NCBI GenBank assembly: GCA_043816785.1
Contig: JBDRHP010000044.1
Span: 1-60,492, forward strand
DNA: 60,492 nucleotides
DNA from: Candidatus Margulisiibacteriota bacterium
GTDB lineage: Bacteria > Margulisbacteria > WOR-1 > O2-12-FULL-45-9
Direction of reading: 5' to 3'
The translations under genes were made by a program, and so were the position numbers. Shown here one piece after another: positions 49,928 to 60,492 of this stretch (positions are counted from its first letter, which is position 1; every line of letters starts with the position of its first letter). The notes beneath the pieces were generated by a model, which saw only the letters and a program-made list of their open reading frames with translations, did not search any database and was not told the DNA's origin.

Positions 49928-50716
49928 ATGTTTTGGCCAATATTGGGCAAAAAAAGGATAGGTTTAGTTTTGGGTGGAGGCGTTGCCCGCGGCATTGCCC
50001 ACATTGGCGTGCTTAAGGTCATAGAAAGAAACAATATTCCGATCGAATGTATTGCCGCCACTTCTTCAGGCGCCTTAGTGGGACTGGCCTATGCTGCGGG
50101 GATGGAAGTGCGCTTGATAGAGGAAATCGCTTTGCGCATAAAATGGGGGCAGATTTTTAGAATAGCCTTTTTTCGGCCAGGTTTTATTTCTGGAGAAGCG
50201 GTTAAAGATCTGATCATCAAATATATTGGCGACCTGAATTTTAGTGATTTAAAAATTCCTTTGTCAATTGTTGCCGCAGATATTAAATCGGGTGAGCCAA
50301 TTGTAATTAGCCGTGGAAAAACAGCCAGGGCCGTAGCTGCCAGCGCAGCTGTGCCAGGCATTGTTGCCCCGGAGGAAATTGGAGGCCATTTTTTGGTTGA
50401 TGGCGGGCTGGGAGACAATCTGCCCATTGATACAGCTAAAGGGATGGGCGCAAACTATGTTGTTGCGGTGGATGTTGTTCCCTCAAAGCCAATTCATAGT
50501 ATGCCAAAAGATCCTTTCCAGATGTATGGCAGGGCTTTTGATATTGTTATGCATAAAATGAGCCGGGAACAACGAAAAAAAGCCAACATCCTGATCGAGC
50601 CTAATATAGAAGAAGATATTTGGCAGCTTGATCTTCACAAAGCCAAAAGATTAATCGCAGCTGGTGAGGCGGCCGCGCTTAAGGCTTTGCGTGGCTTGCG
50701 GCGAAAGTACTCATAA
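49928..50716 (+). CDS. Patatin-like phospholipase (RssA-like)
   Basis: GLVLGGGVARG oxyanion motif, the GxSxG-type ATSSG nucleophile and the FLVDGGLGDN Asp motif. Confidence 0.85.
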   Translation: MFWPILGKKRIGLVLGGGVARGIAHIGVLKVIERNNIPIECIAATSSGALVGLAYAAGMEVRLIEEIALRIKWGQIFRIAFFRPGFISGEAVKDLIIKYIGDLNFSDLKIPLSIVAADIKSGEPIVISRGKTARAVAASAAVPGIVAPEEIGGHFLVDGGLGDNLPIDTAKGMGANYVVAVDVVPSKPIHSMPKDPFQMYGRAFDIVMHKMSREQRKKANILIEPNIEEDIWQLDLHKAKRLIAAGEAAALKALRGLRRKYS

Positions 50717-50747
50717 AAAAAGCCGCTGATCTTGCGACCAGCGGCTT
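50714..50747 (-). terminator. Intrinsic terminator for the minus-strand small gene (possibly bidirectional)
   Basis: 9-bp stem AAGCCGCTG (50720-50728) pairs with CAGCGGCTT (50739-50747) around a 10-nt loop. On the minus strand a T7 run follows (50720-50714). Confidence 0.6.
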
Positions 50748-50771
50748 AAGTAACGAAAGAAAATCTCTTCT

Positions 50772-51089
50772 TTAGATGATGGGGCGCGTTCTTGCTTTCT
50801 TTGGTATCAAGCTTTTTTTTGCAACCAAGCGAATAGGATCAGGGGAACTTGGAGTGCCGTCACAGGTAGCATTTGTGGCTTCCGTAAGACTCGCAGCTTC
50901 ATTTGCAGCATCTAGTATAGAATAGTCATGATCAGTTTCTTTATCTTTATGATTCGGGAAATACCGCACAGACACCATTTCATCGGAATAGCGATCAACT
51001 ACGCCATACGGCTTTTTAGCAGCAAACACCATTCCGCTCAGTCCGATCAAAATAACACTAACTAAAAGCAGTCCGATCAATTTTTTCAT
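50772..51089 (-). CDS. Small secreted or membrane-anchored hypothetical protein
   Basis: AGGAGG lies 9 nt upstream of the ATG. Signal-peptide-like N-terminus MKKLIGLLLVSVILIGLSGMVFA. I recognise no family. Confidence 0.55.
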   Translation of the reverse strand: MKKLIGLLLVSVILIGLSGMVFAAKKPYGVVDRYSDEMVSVRYFPNHKDKETDHDYSILDAANEAASLTEATNATCDGTPSSPDPIRLVAKKSLIPKKARTRPII

Positions 51090-51107
51090 TTTTTGTACCT
51101 CCTAAGT

Positions 51108-51139
51108 AACTAACAACTTACTACTTACAACTAACAACT
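51108..51139. repeat. 11-nt direct repeat AACTAACAACT x2 (21-nt period) in the 5' UTR region of the small secreted-protein gene
   Basis: Copies at 51108-51118 and 51129-51139. Confidence 0.7.
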
Positions 51140-51258
51140 ATCCCTGGTTTGCCCCGATCAACCTTTAAAATTTTGTCTTACGAGGTTCCAGGCGCAGATG
51201 GCTTTCACGGTTATATTATCGGTTGAACTAGGGTGAAACTTGCATGGGATTACCATTC

Positions 51259-51287
51259 TTGTAAACTGTCTTTTCACGTGATAAAAT
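51259..51287 (+). promoter_or_regulatory. Candidate ileS promoter (TTGTAA-17 nt-TGaTAAAAT)
   Basis: TTGTAA at 51259-51264, TG at 51279-51280, TAAAAT at 51282-51287. The ileS ATG at 51299 is 11 nt downstream with no Shine-Dalgarno. Confidence 0.5.
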
Positions 51288-51298
51288 ATAAGCTTCGT

Positions 51299-55400
<4,102 letters not shown>

Positions 55401-55405
55401 AAGAA

Positions 55406-55786
55406 ATGTCAAATGACAAATTAAAAATGACAAATGAAGAAAAAATATTATCCGAAGAGAAACAAATCCTTAAAGAAGAGAGGGATCTTTTAGAAAGTCT
55501 CAACAGCCGAGTGGGTAAGCTGGCGACTGCTATTGAGCGGGCGCGGATAGATGAATATACTTCAATGCTGACCCGGCCCTGGAGATTTTTCTTTTTTAAT
55601 TTTATAGTTGGTATTTTCCGGGGGTTGGGCATGGCGATCGGCTTTACGGTTATTGCAGCTGCGGCGATCTATATCCTGAGTAAACTTTTGCTGAGAATGG
55701 TTGATATGCCGATCATTGGCATGTACCTTGCTGAATTGGTCAAGTTCGTCAACCAATATCTAAATCAGGGTGTGCCGGGGCAATAA
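55406..55786 (+). CDS. Small membrane protein, DUF5665-like (tentative)
   Basis: N-terminal coiled coil then two TM helices (FFFFNFIVGIFRGLGMAIGFTVIAAAAIYIL). The family assignment is from memory only. Confidence 0.45.
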   Translation: MSNDKLKMTNEEKILSEEKQILKEERDLLESLNSRVGKLATAIERARIDEYTSMLTRPWRFFFFNFIVGIFRGLGMAIGFTVIAAAAIYILSKLLLRMVDMPIIGMYLAELVKFVNQYLNQGVPGQ

Positions 55787-56244
55787 TGATCTTTTACGGC
55801 CTCGCTTTATTGATCGTTATTGTTGACCAGCTGATCAAGTATTTAATCCACCAGTCGTTTTCTTTGGGGCAGTCGATGCCCTTGATCGGCGACGTTATTA
55901 AATTGACCTACGTGCGCAATACCGGGGCTGCTTTTTCACTTTTTGTTGGTTTTTCATCTTACCTGGTAGTGGTTGGAATTTTTGTGGTTTTGGCGGTGAT
56001 CTTTTTCCACCATCGCCTGCCTGCCAAAAATTATGTTTTGCAGACAGGCCTGGCCTTTGTGCTAGGGGGGAGCCTGGGCAATCTGGCGGACAGGATCTTC
56101 AGGGCCTATGTGATCGATTATTTAGATATTACAATCTGGCCGGTATTTAATTTTGCTGATATCATGATCAACGTTGGGGTGATCTTGATCGCTTTTAAAC
56201 TATTTGCTGAAGAGGAGAAAAAAAATGTATCCGATCCTGTTTAA
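55786..56244 (+). CDS. lspA: Lipoprotein signal peptidase (signal peptidase II)
   Basis: VRNTGAAFS and FNFADIMIN motifs and four TM segments. Confidence 0.9.
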   Translation: MIFYGLALLIVIVDQLIKYLIHQSFSLGQSMPLIGDVIKLTYVRNTGAAFSLFVGFSSYLVVVGIFVVLAVIFFHHRLPAKNYVLQTGLAFVLGGSLGNLADRIFRAYVIDYLDITIWPVFNFADIMINVGVILIAFKLFAEEEKKNVSDPV

Positions 56245-56989
56245 AATAGGACCTTTTTCAATCCACGCCTATGGTTTTATGATCGCCATTGCTTTTTTAA
56301 CCGGCATCATCGTTGCGCTATATTATGCTAAGCGGGAAGGGCTCAAAAGTGAGACGATCCTGGACCTGGCGCTTTATGTGATCATTGCGGCGATTGTTGG
56401 AGCTCGATTGCTGTATGTCATTGGTACCTGGAATCAGTTTGAAGGCAATATCTTGGAAATGTTCATGGTGCAGCGGGGGGGGCTGATCTTTTTAGGCGGG
56501 TTGATCCTGGCCGTTCTGGTGGTCATTGGCTATGCCAGGATAAAAAAGATCAATGTTCTTAAGCTTTTAGATATTCTGACTCCTGGAACGGCTCTGGGTT
56601 ATGCCATTACGCGCATTGGCTGCTTTTTAAATGGCTGCTGCTTTGGCCTGCCGACCAAATTACCCTGGGGCCTGGAATTTCCCTTTGGCTCATTAGCTTA
56701 TTCTTATTATCCGCACGAACATATTCATCCCACCCAGCTATATTCCAGCGGTAGTATGCTGGCGGCTTTTGTAATTTTATTGATACTTTATCAGAAGAAG
56801 AAATATGATGGTTTTGTGTTTTACTGGGGCTTGCTTTTTTATTCTATCTACCGGATGCTGGTTGAATTCCTGCGATTCAGTCCGGTCCATTGGCTGGGCC
56901 TAACCCCGTCGCAGTGGGTGCTTGTTGGCACTTTCATTTTGGCTATTTCCGGTTTAGTCTACAATTATAAACAATTAAGAAAAGATTAA
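56225..56989 (+). CDS. lgt: Prolipoprotein diacylglyceryl transferase
   Basis: MYPILFKIGPFSIHAYGFMIAIAFL start, GARLLYV and GCFLNGCCFG motifs. Confidence 0.92.
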   Translation: MYPILFKIGPFSIHAYGFMIAIAFLTGIIVALYYAKREGLKSETILDLALYVIIAAIVGARLLYVIGTWNQFEGNILEMFMVQRGGLIFLGGLILAVLVVIGYARIKKINVLKLLDILTPGTALGYAITRIGCFLNGCCFGLPTKLPWGLEFPFGSLAYSYYPHEHIHPTQLYSSGSMLAAFVILLILYQKKKYDGFVFYWGLLFYSIYRMLVEFLRFSPVHWLGLTPSQWVLVGTFILAISGLVYNYKQLRKD

Positions 56990-57004
56990 AGTTACATTGT
57001 GTAA

Positions 57005-57110
57005 GAATATCAGGGAATCAGAAGAGCAGAGCTGGAATCTCAGAGAATCAGAAAATCTGATATTCTAATATTCTGATTTTCCGGTTCTGATGCTCTGATA
57101 TTCTGATAAT
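57005..57110. repeat. ATCAGA/TCTGAT repeat-rich imperfect palindrome spanning the lgt / activase-fusion convergent junction
   Basis: GAATCAGAA at 57015-57023 and 57045-57053. TCTGAT at 57056-57061, 57072-57077, 57086-57091, 57094-57099 and 57102-57107. Confidence 0.75.
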
Positions 57111-60100
57111 CTCCTCTTTGCCTGGTGCATAAACGCTTCAAGGCGCGTCTCTAGGTTTACCCCTTCGTTGCCATCAATGGCCAGGTCCAGCCACGGGAAA
57201 TCCCCATGTTCTTTTCTGATCTTTTTGCTTAAAGCGGAGACAACTGTGCCTGGCATACAGGTGAATGGCATAATGTTAATGATGCCGGAGGCTCCCTTTT
57301 TGATGTAATCAATGGACTTGCCAATACTTAAGACCGCTTCTCCCTTGTAAGTATAGTGAAGATAGGGCGAAGCATACTTGATGAGTTTTAGTGTTGAAGG
57401 CTCGTGCAGATTCTTGATCCGGCGATTAAAGATCTTGGCTAGTTTATGCTCTTCCCATCTTTGAACCAGGTCCTGGGCCAGGCCAATTAGCAAATGTTTT
57501 GGTGCCCGGCGCAGCAGGCTTTCGTAAATGTATCCCAGGTTGGTATAATAGCCCCATTCAGAAGTCGGGGCTAGCCAGGAAATACCGTCTAGAGCTTCGA
57601 TTTTGCGTATAATATTCGCATTGCTTTCCGGATTACATCTTAGAAAGAGTTCTCCCATGATGCCAATGATCGGTTTGTGGCCATTGGGCTTAAGCGGGAT
57701 CGCGGCAAAAGCATCGCTGATATCATTCATAACTGTGGGCAGCTTTTGATTGCCTGCTTCCAGCGCGTGTTCGATCTGTTCCAGGTAAAAGCGGTGTAAT
57801 TCATCTGTTTCGCCTTTGTTCACTTCATGAGGCCGCTGCTGTAAAGTAAATTTTGTTAAAAGATCCACTGCCACAATGCCTTGCCAGGCGCGGCGCCTAA
57901 AGTTCAGGTCCAGGCCCATTGACTTGCTGTACGAATCCCTGGCATTTGGGGAAACCAGAGGGATATCATGGTAACCCAGCCTTTTAAAAATTAAGCTGTG
58001 CGCCTGCTGATAATTGCCAAAACGGCAGGGCCCGGAAGCGGTGGGCATAAAAAAAGCCGAGCGTTGCGGGTCAAAGCCCGGCGCTAATATCTTTTTTAGA
58101 AAATCACCAGTGGTCACAACAAATGGATGGCATTCTTTGCCGGAAGTGTGTTTTCTGCCCAGTTCCAAAGTTTGTTTGTCAGACGGCGGCAGGACTTCAG
58201 CTTCCCCGCCGCTGGCTCTGATAGAGGCTGCCAAAGCCACGGCATGGTCGGACATGCGGGGGAGGTAGAGGATGCGTTTTTTTTCTGTAGGGACAACCTT
58301 TGTGGTTGTCCGCGGACAGGGACGAGCCCTGTCCCTACATGTATTTTTCAAACTGTCCAGGAACGCTTCCAGCCGGGTGATAATCCCAGTATCGCTGGCA
58401 TGTTCATCGACTTCGATCTGAAGAAAAGGTTTTGTAGTAATGGTTTCTTTGATCAACTGCGAGATAAACGAATCCGGCCCGCAACGAAAATTAGTTATGT
58501 GGATCGCGGAGAGTGACGGGTGCTGGTTGACGAACTTGGCCGCGGCCAGGAGTCTTTGACCGTAGTTCCAGTACATATTGGGAAATTCATTGGCAATTTC
58601 CGCCCGGCTGATCGGCAAATAATCTAAAGGCAGAGCGATGATCCCCATGGTTTTGAGGTGCTTGGGAATGTCAAGATTTAGCGCTGGATCAGAGCCGTTG
58701 TATGGCCGGCTGATGATCGCCAGCGCGGGAAGTTTTTCTTGCTCTATCAGCTTAAGGACTTGTTGACCTCTGTCCTTTAGGTGTTTTTTAACTTTAGCAA
58801 ATTCTTTTTCAGCTTTTTTTACAGCGCTGATAGCCTCGGCCCTGTTTTTACCCAGAGCTTTAGCCAGGCGGATAAGTTGCTGTTCAAAGTATCTTTTGCC
58901 GCGCTGGGGCTCGAGGGCCGGCGAAAGGACTTTTGTCTCTGGAGTAAAGTCAATGCCAGCTTTAGCAAAATAGGGCAGGGCCTGGACAAAGGGGCAGTTA
59001 AATGATTCGTTGAATTTTTCTGAAGCTTTTTCCATATTGATCAAGCTGGGCAGAAAAATATAATCTGGTTTTTTCTCCAGCAGGTCCAGGACATGCCCGT
59101 GCATCAAAGTGATGGGAAAGCAAGCTTCTGTTGAGGCGCTTTCCTGCGCGGCCTGGATAATCTTCTGGCTGGAGGGTGAGGAAAGGACGACCTCAAAGCC
59201 TAAGCTTGAGAAGAAGGTGTTCCAGAAGGGAAAGCGTTCATAAAAGAAGAGAACTCTGGGAATTCCGATTTTCTTGCCTCCTGTGACCAATTTCTGATGA
59301 AAGATAATCTCATCTCTTTCTTTAAATAGATCTATCCCCTGATCCCTAACACCTAATCCCTTTTTCTTGTTTTCCCATTTCTCACACCTGCCGCCATAAA
59401 ACACCGGATCTTCATCTGCCAGGCTGATCATGTTGATCTCGCATAAGTTTTCGCAGCTTTTACACTCGAAAGGCTTTGTCTGATAATTTGCCTGGCTGAT
59501 CTGAAAGCCCTTGAACCGGCTTTTCCCCCAGCTTTGTTCTCTTTTGGCCAACAGGGCGATGCCAATAGCTCCGGTTACTTCGTGATGAGCTGGAACAGTT
59601 ATTTTCTTGTTCGTGATCTTTTTAAAGGCTTTAACCACAGCTTGATTAAAGGCCACTCCGCCCTGAAAGAAGATGTTTTGGCCGACTTTTCTTGTTTCAA
59701 CAACTTTGTTTAGATAGTTCATAACGATAGATTCTGCCAAGCCAGCGGTTAATTGTTCCTTGGTCGCGCCTTTTTGCAGCTGGTTGTTGAGTTCTGATTC
59801 AATGAACACAGTGCAGCGATCACCCAACGTGACGGGGGATGGGGCACTGGCGGCGAGGGACGCGAACTCTTCCTTAATGTTGATGCCAAGTTTCTCAGCT
59901 TGTTCTTCAAGAAAAGATCCGGTGCCGGCGGCGCAGACTTTGTTCATAGTGAAATCGATTACTGCGCCATGTTCAACGCTGATGTACTTTGAATCCTGGC
60001 CGCCGATCTCAAAAATAGTGTCAACAGAGGGATCTAGCTCGATCGCGGCTGTGGCTTGGGCAGTGATCTCATTCTTAATAATATCAGCCCCGAACAATTC

Positions 60101-60334
60101 ACCGATCAAATAGCGGCCCGAGCCGGTGGAGCCAACCCCGATGACATTTATGGTGTCTCCGAGTTCCTGATGGATCTCGGTCAGGCCGGATTTAACTGCT
60201 TCGATCGGCTTACCGGCTGTTGGCAAATATCTTTTGATCAGAACTTTATTGTTTTCATCCAGCAACACCAGATTGGTGCTGATCGAACCCACGTCAATGC
60301 CCAGAAAAGCGTTAGTTTTCATCATTAGTTCCAT
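57065..60334 (-). CDS. BadF/BadG/BcrA/BcrD-type ATPase (activase) fused to a 2-hydroxyacyl-CoA dehydratase-like (DUF2229-type) module
   Basis: N-terminal GIDVGSISTNLVLL, EIGGQDSKYI, CAAGTGSFLEEQA and FQGGVAFNQAVV. Then a Cys cluster CKSCENLC...GGRCEKWE, then two dehydratase-like halves. Start alternatives are 60334, 60325 and 60322. Confidence 0.8.
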   Translation of the reverse strand: MELMMKTNAFLGIDVGSISTNLVLLDENNKVLIKRYLPTAGKPIEAVKSGLTEIHQELGDTINVIGVGSTGSGRYLIGELFGADIIKNEITAQATAAIELDPSVDTIFEIGGQDSKYISVEHGAVIDFTMNKVCAAGTGSFLEEQAEKLGINIKEEFASLAASAPSPVTLGDRCTVFIESELNNQLQKGATKEQLTAGLAESIVMNYLNKVVETRKVGQNIFFQGGVAFNQAVVKAFKKITNKKITVPAHHEVTGAIGIALLAKREQSWGKSRFKGFQISQANYQTKPFECKSCENLCEINMISLADEDPVFYGGRCEKWENKKKGLGVRDQGIDLFKERDEIIFHQKLVTGGKKIGIPRVLFFYERFPFWNTFFSSLGFEVVLSSPSSQKIIQAAQESASTEACFPITLMHGHVLDLLEKKPDYIFLPSLINMEKASEKFNESFNCPFVQALPYFAKAGIDFTPETKVLSPALEPQRGKRYFEQQLIRLAKALGKNRAEAISAVKKAEKEFAKVKKHLKDRGQQVLKLIEQEKLPALAIISRPYNGSDPALNLDIPKHLKTMGIIALPLDYLPISRAEIANEFPNMYWNYGQRLLAAAKFVNQHPSLSAIHITNFRCGPDSFISQLIKETITTKPFLQIEVDEHASDTGIITRLEAFLDSLKNTCRDRARPCPRTTTKVVPTEKKRILYLPRMSDHAVALAASIRASGGEAEVLPPSDKQTLELGRKHTSGKECHPFVVTTGDFLKKILAPGFDPQRSAFFMPTASGPCRFGNYQQAHSLIFKRLGYHDIPLVSPNARDSYSKSMGLDLNFRRRAWQGIVAVDLLTKFTLQQRPHEVNKGETDELHRFYLEQIEHALEAGNQKLPTVMNDISDAFAAIPLKPNGHKPIIGIMGELFLRCNPESNANIIRKIEALDGISWLAPTSEWGYYTNLGYIYESLLRRAPKHLLIGLAQDLVQRWEEHKLAKIFNRRIKNLHEPSTLKLIKYASPYLHYTYKGEAVLSIGKSIDYIKKGASGIINIMPFTCMPGTVVSALSKKIRKEHGDFPWLDLAIDGNEGVNLETRLEAFMHQAKRRLSEYQSIRTGKSEY
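58288..58339. repeat. Double-hairpin palindromic element embedded in frame in the activase-fusion gene
   Basis: GTAG, then GGACAACC-TTTGT-GGTTGTCC, then GC, then GGACAGGG-ACGAG-CCCTGTCC, then CTAC. The outer GTAGGGACA and TGTCCCTAC can also pair. Confidence 0.8.
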
Positions 60335-60492
60335 TGTTCATAAGGCTGAGTACCGCGCCAATTGCGCCCATTGAAGCAAAATGTTTGGGGATCAGCAATT
60401 CGCCGGACTCGAGTCCCAAGACCAGCTCAAAGGCTTTAACCATGCCGGCGTTGGCAGCGACCCCCCCTTGGAAGGCAATAGGTTTTAACCAT
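60313..60492 (-). CDS. BadF/BadG/BcrA/BcrD-type ATPase (activase), C-terminal fragment; gene continues beyond window
   Basis: Minus-strand translation from 60492 gives ...FQGGVAANAGMVKAFELVLGLESGELLIPKHFASMGAIGAVLSLMNNGTNDEN, then a stop. It overlaps the start of the downstream fusion gene. Confidence 0.7.

Noticed and set aside
49928-50716. Patatin-like phospholipase as the effector of a CBASS-like or other defence system.
   Set aside because: No cyclase, sensor, NTPase or other defence partner is adjacent. The protein is a short stand-alone RssA-like patatin with its own promoter and terminator.

Overview
This 60.5-kb window looks like core chromosome from a bacterium using the standard code (TGA is a stop). 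I saw no transposase, integrase, CRISPR array, rRNA or recognisable defence cassette, and I found no convincing new multi-gene system.

Layout:
- 1-4341 (+): compact type IV pilus assembly set (pseudopilin-like fragment, PilM-PilN fusion, PilO-like, PilP-like, secretin).
- 4331-5921 (-): gpsA-plsY.
- 5971-45035 (+): unbroken run of about 55 genes: efp, accB, a UbiA-type prenyl/phosphoribosyl transferase, an SDR epimerase, recJ and purD. A roughly 29-kb fused translation/transcription super-cluster follows: rpmG, tRNA-Trp, secE, nusG, rplKAJL, rpoBC, rpsLG, fusA, the S10, spc and alpha blocks, and rplM-rpsI. The run ends with a small uncharacterised protein, a class-V aminotransferase, truA and serA.
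- 45042-51089: the only accessory-looking stretch: EF-G paralog plus small ORF, two tandem paralogs with an EF-hand-like loop, a transglutaminase-like Cys-His-Asp core and TPR repeats, a patatin-like lipase, and a small secreted protein.
- 51299-56989 (+): ileS, ahcY, a small membrane protein, lspA, lgt.
- 57065-60492 (-): a 1089-aa BadF/BadG-type activase fused to a dehydratase-like module, preceded by a second (partial) activase gene.

Most noteworthy:
1. Consensus, often extended -10 (TGn), promoters sit 6-11 nt from start codons at six operon heads, implying leaderless or near-leaderless mRNAs.
2. Three kinds of short repeat or palindromic DNA are embedded in frame in coding sequence: a heptamer array in ileS, a double hairpin in the activase fusion, and a TCTGAT/ATCAGA array at its 3' end.
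3. The ribosomal cluster has no tuf after fusA and no rpmD. It encodes a Cys4 form of L24, long low-complexity N-terminal extensions on NusG and S9, and an uncharacterised protein after rpsI.
4. The tandem transglutaminase-like/TPR paralogs are the best candidates for new biology.
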